IMG/VR virus record: IMGVR_UViG_3300011338_000205 | Span: 1 to 34,658 of that record | Length of the DNA stretch: 34,658 bases | Strand: one strand, 5' to 3' | Source: a virus | Taxonomy: Duplodnaviria > Caudoviricetes | In this document: piece after piece, positions 33,092 through 34,658 of the stretch | How the letters are laid out: every line of letters starts with the position of its first letter | Numbering within the stretch: the first letter of the stretch is position 1 | Translations under genes and position numbers: made by a program | Notes under the pieces: generated by a model | Databases searched by the model: none | Told to the model about the DNA's origin: nothing | The model's input: the letters and a program-made list of their open reading frames with translations, nothing else

Positions 33092-34572
33092 CTACGGCCA
33101 CCAGCAATTGCATTTAGGCGCTGCGTTCCAACCCGCCAGCTAGTTGCCGGAGTTGTCGTTGTGACGCGCATCTTAACCTGACGACCATTGAAGCGGACAG
33201 ACGTTGGGTTTGTCAGGCTATATGGACCATATGTGCTTTCATCGCTATTTGGGTAATAGCGGGTTTTGAACGTGGCTGTGACACCGCCCTGATTGCGCTC
33301 ATCAGGGATCAACTCATTGATATACATAATGTTGTCGCCATTGCCGATCTGGACAGGGCCGCTTTCAGCATAAGGCGTTGAACTATCGTAGTTCAGGCCA
33401 ACTTCGTGGTCGTAAATATAGCCATTCGCGCCAATCATGATGGGATTGCGGAATACGCTTCGGTCAGTGCCTGCCGTGCGCGCCAATGTGCCAATCGTCC
33501 AGTGGTTCTCAACGTAATCCCAAGCCACGTAGCTGTCGTTTTCGTTCGAGCTGGCAGACGGATAGAACCACCAAACCTCGTTGTATTGAGCATTGTTGAC
33601 CGCATAAACCTTAGAGATTTGGTTCGTGTTGATATTGTTGAAAACGTAATCAAACACTTCGCAAGGCAATGGCTTCACATAGCCATCGTAAACGTGAAAA
33701 CCCTTCTGCCCCATCCAAACGGCCATATTGTCAAGAACAGCGATGGCATTCGCAGACACAATTCCACAGGCGCGGCCAGCAATTTCAGCCTGATACACGA
33801 AAGGCTGCCCAACATACGTCAGCGTGTGAGCGTCAATGTCTGTCAGGATTAGGTTCTGACCACGAACGCGCTTGCCACATACAATCTTGCCGGATGTCTG
33901 GAGAATAACGCTGCCAGCGAGGTTTGTTGATGCCGCCGTCCAAACCGTGTTGTTTTCCAGATCAGACCAAGCCACCTTGCGGCCATCACCAGACGCGCCC
34001 AATGCAAACAGAGAGCGTTCAGCAGTGACAAGAAGACCCTGACAGCCTGTTGGCGCATTCGTGATAACGGCAGCTTTGGTCGGAGTTGCAGCATCAAGCT
34101 GCCATTCGTATAGCTTGCCGTCAGACGTAGAGCAGCCGACGAGATATTCACCCCAAGTATCTAGGCTCCACGTCGTCGCAGCAGTTACAGAACCAGCATC
34201 AGGGCGAGGTGTGCCGTAATAGCCAGTACTATAAGTGCTAATCCCGTAACCAGCGCCCGTAGAAGCATCGTCTGATCCTGCTGTAAAACTAACTGGAGTA
34301 ATGTCTACAAGGCCGCTTGATTGCGTCATAGCGTAAAGTTTGGATGACGTGCCAAGCCCAGCAAAGCGAACGCCAGCGTTTGTCTTCCAAGTTAGCAAAC
34401 CACGGCATTTTCCAGTTAGTGTGCCATTACCCCGTCGCTCCCATCCGCCAACAGGCTCCATCGCTCCCTCAGTCCAGCGGACAAGGTTCACGTCATACCA
34501 GCGCCCGGTTGACTGAAGCTCAGTGCCGTTGCGGAAAACGCCTGCCGGTATTTGTAGCGAAACTAGGGCCAT
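33088..34572 (-). CDS. Tail nozzle/stabilisation protein (P22 gp10-like beta-propeller)
   Basis: TWSLDTWGEYL, VAWSD.E, NEVWWFYPS, W..G.LART; upstream of the ejection genes. Confidence 0.75.
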   Translation of the reverse strand: MALVSLQIPAGVFRNGTELQSTGRWYDVNLVRWTEGAMEPVGGWERRGNGTLTGKCRGLLTWKTNAGVRFAGLGTSSKLYAMTQSSGLVDITPVSFTAGSDDASTGAGYGISTYSTGYYGTPRPDAGSVTAATTWSLDTWGEYLVGCSTSDGKLYEWQLDAATPTKAAVITNAPTGCQGLLVTAERSLFALGASGDGRKVAWSDLENNTVWTAASTNLAGSVILQTSGKIVCGKRVRGQNLILTDIDAHTLTYVGQPFVYQAEIAGRACGIVSANAIAVLDNMAVWMGQKGFHVYDGYVKPLPCEVFDYVFNNINTNQISKVYAVNNAQYNEVWWFYPSASSNENDSYVAWDYVENHWTIGTLARTAGTDRSVFRNPIMIGANGYIYDHEVGLNYDSSTPYAESGPVQIGNGDNIMYINELIPDERNQGGVTATFKTRYYPNSDESTYGPYSLTNPTSVRFNGRQVKMRVTTTTPATSWRVGTQRLNAIAGGRR

Positions 34573-34658
34573 ATCTACTCTTCATCATCAAGGCTGAACG
34601 TAAACACCACCTCTATATCATCATTGTCTGCATTTTGCCACGCTTCCGCCATCAGGGC
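34532..34658. repeat. Second copy of the 127-bp terminal repeat
   Basis: Matches 1-127. Confidence 0.95.

Noticed and set aside
34532-34658. Biological direct terminal repeat
   Set aside because: Length equals a standard assembler k-mer (127) and the repeat cuts through coding sequence, so it is best explained as circular assembly overlap

Overview
The window is an apparently complete, circularly assembled tailed-phage genome of 34,531 bp. Bases 1-127 are repeated at 34532-34658, and genes read straight across the join. The head/tail module is podovirus-like: TerS/TerL, P22/SU10-type portal, scaffold, major capsid, adaptor, tail nozzle, ejection proteins and a lytic transglycosylase, with no tape-measure or sheath gene. 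The early region is lambdoid: Cro-like HTH, Erf, YqaJ exonuclease, NinB, SSB and a DUF1376 initiator with internal iterons. I found no integrase, CI repressor, polymerase, helicase or tRNA. A GapR/DUF2312 homologue points to an alphaproteobacterial host. One short rightward operon (23378-26929) faces one long leftward unit. The most notable signals are: (1) a 590-aa protein after the portal with tandem TonB-box-like motifs on Pro/Thr linkers; (2) no GANTC (CcrM/HinfI) site found on a manual read, alongside a beta-class DNA methyltransferase broken by one TGG->TAG change; (3) a plasmid-style antisense RNA plus leader peptide upstream of the replication initiator; (4) a promoter/hairpin switch over the HNH ribosome-binding site; (5) structured small RNAs at the convergence point; (6) an EF-hand membrane protein between two paralogous holin-like genes; (7) an array of small genes with shared junction sequences. 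All family calls come from motif recognition by eye, not database searches.
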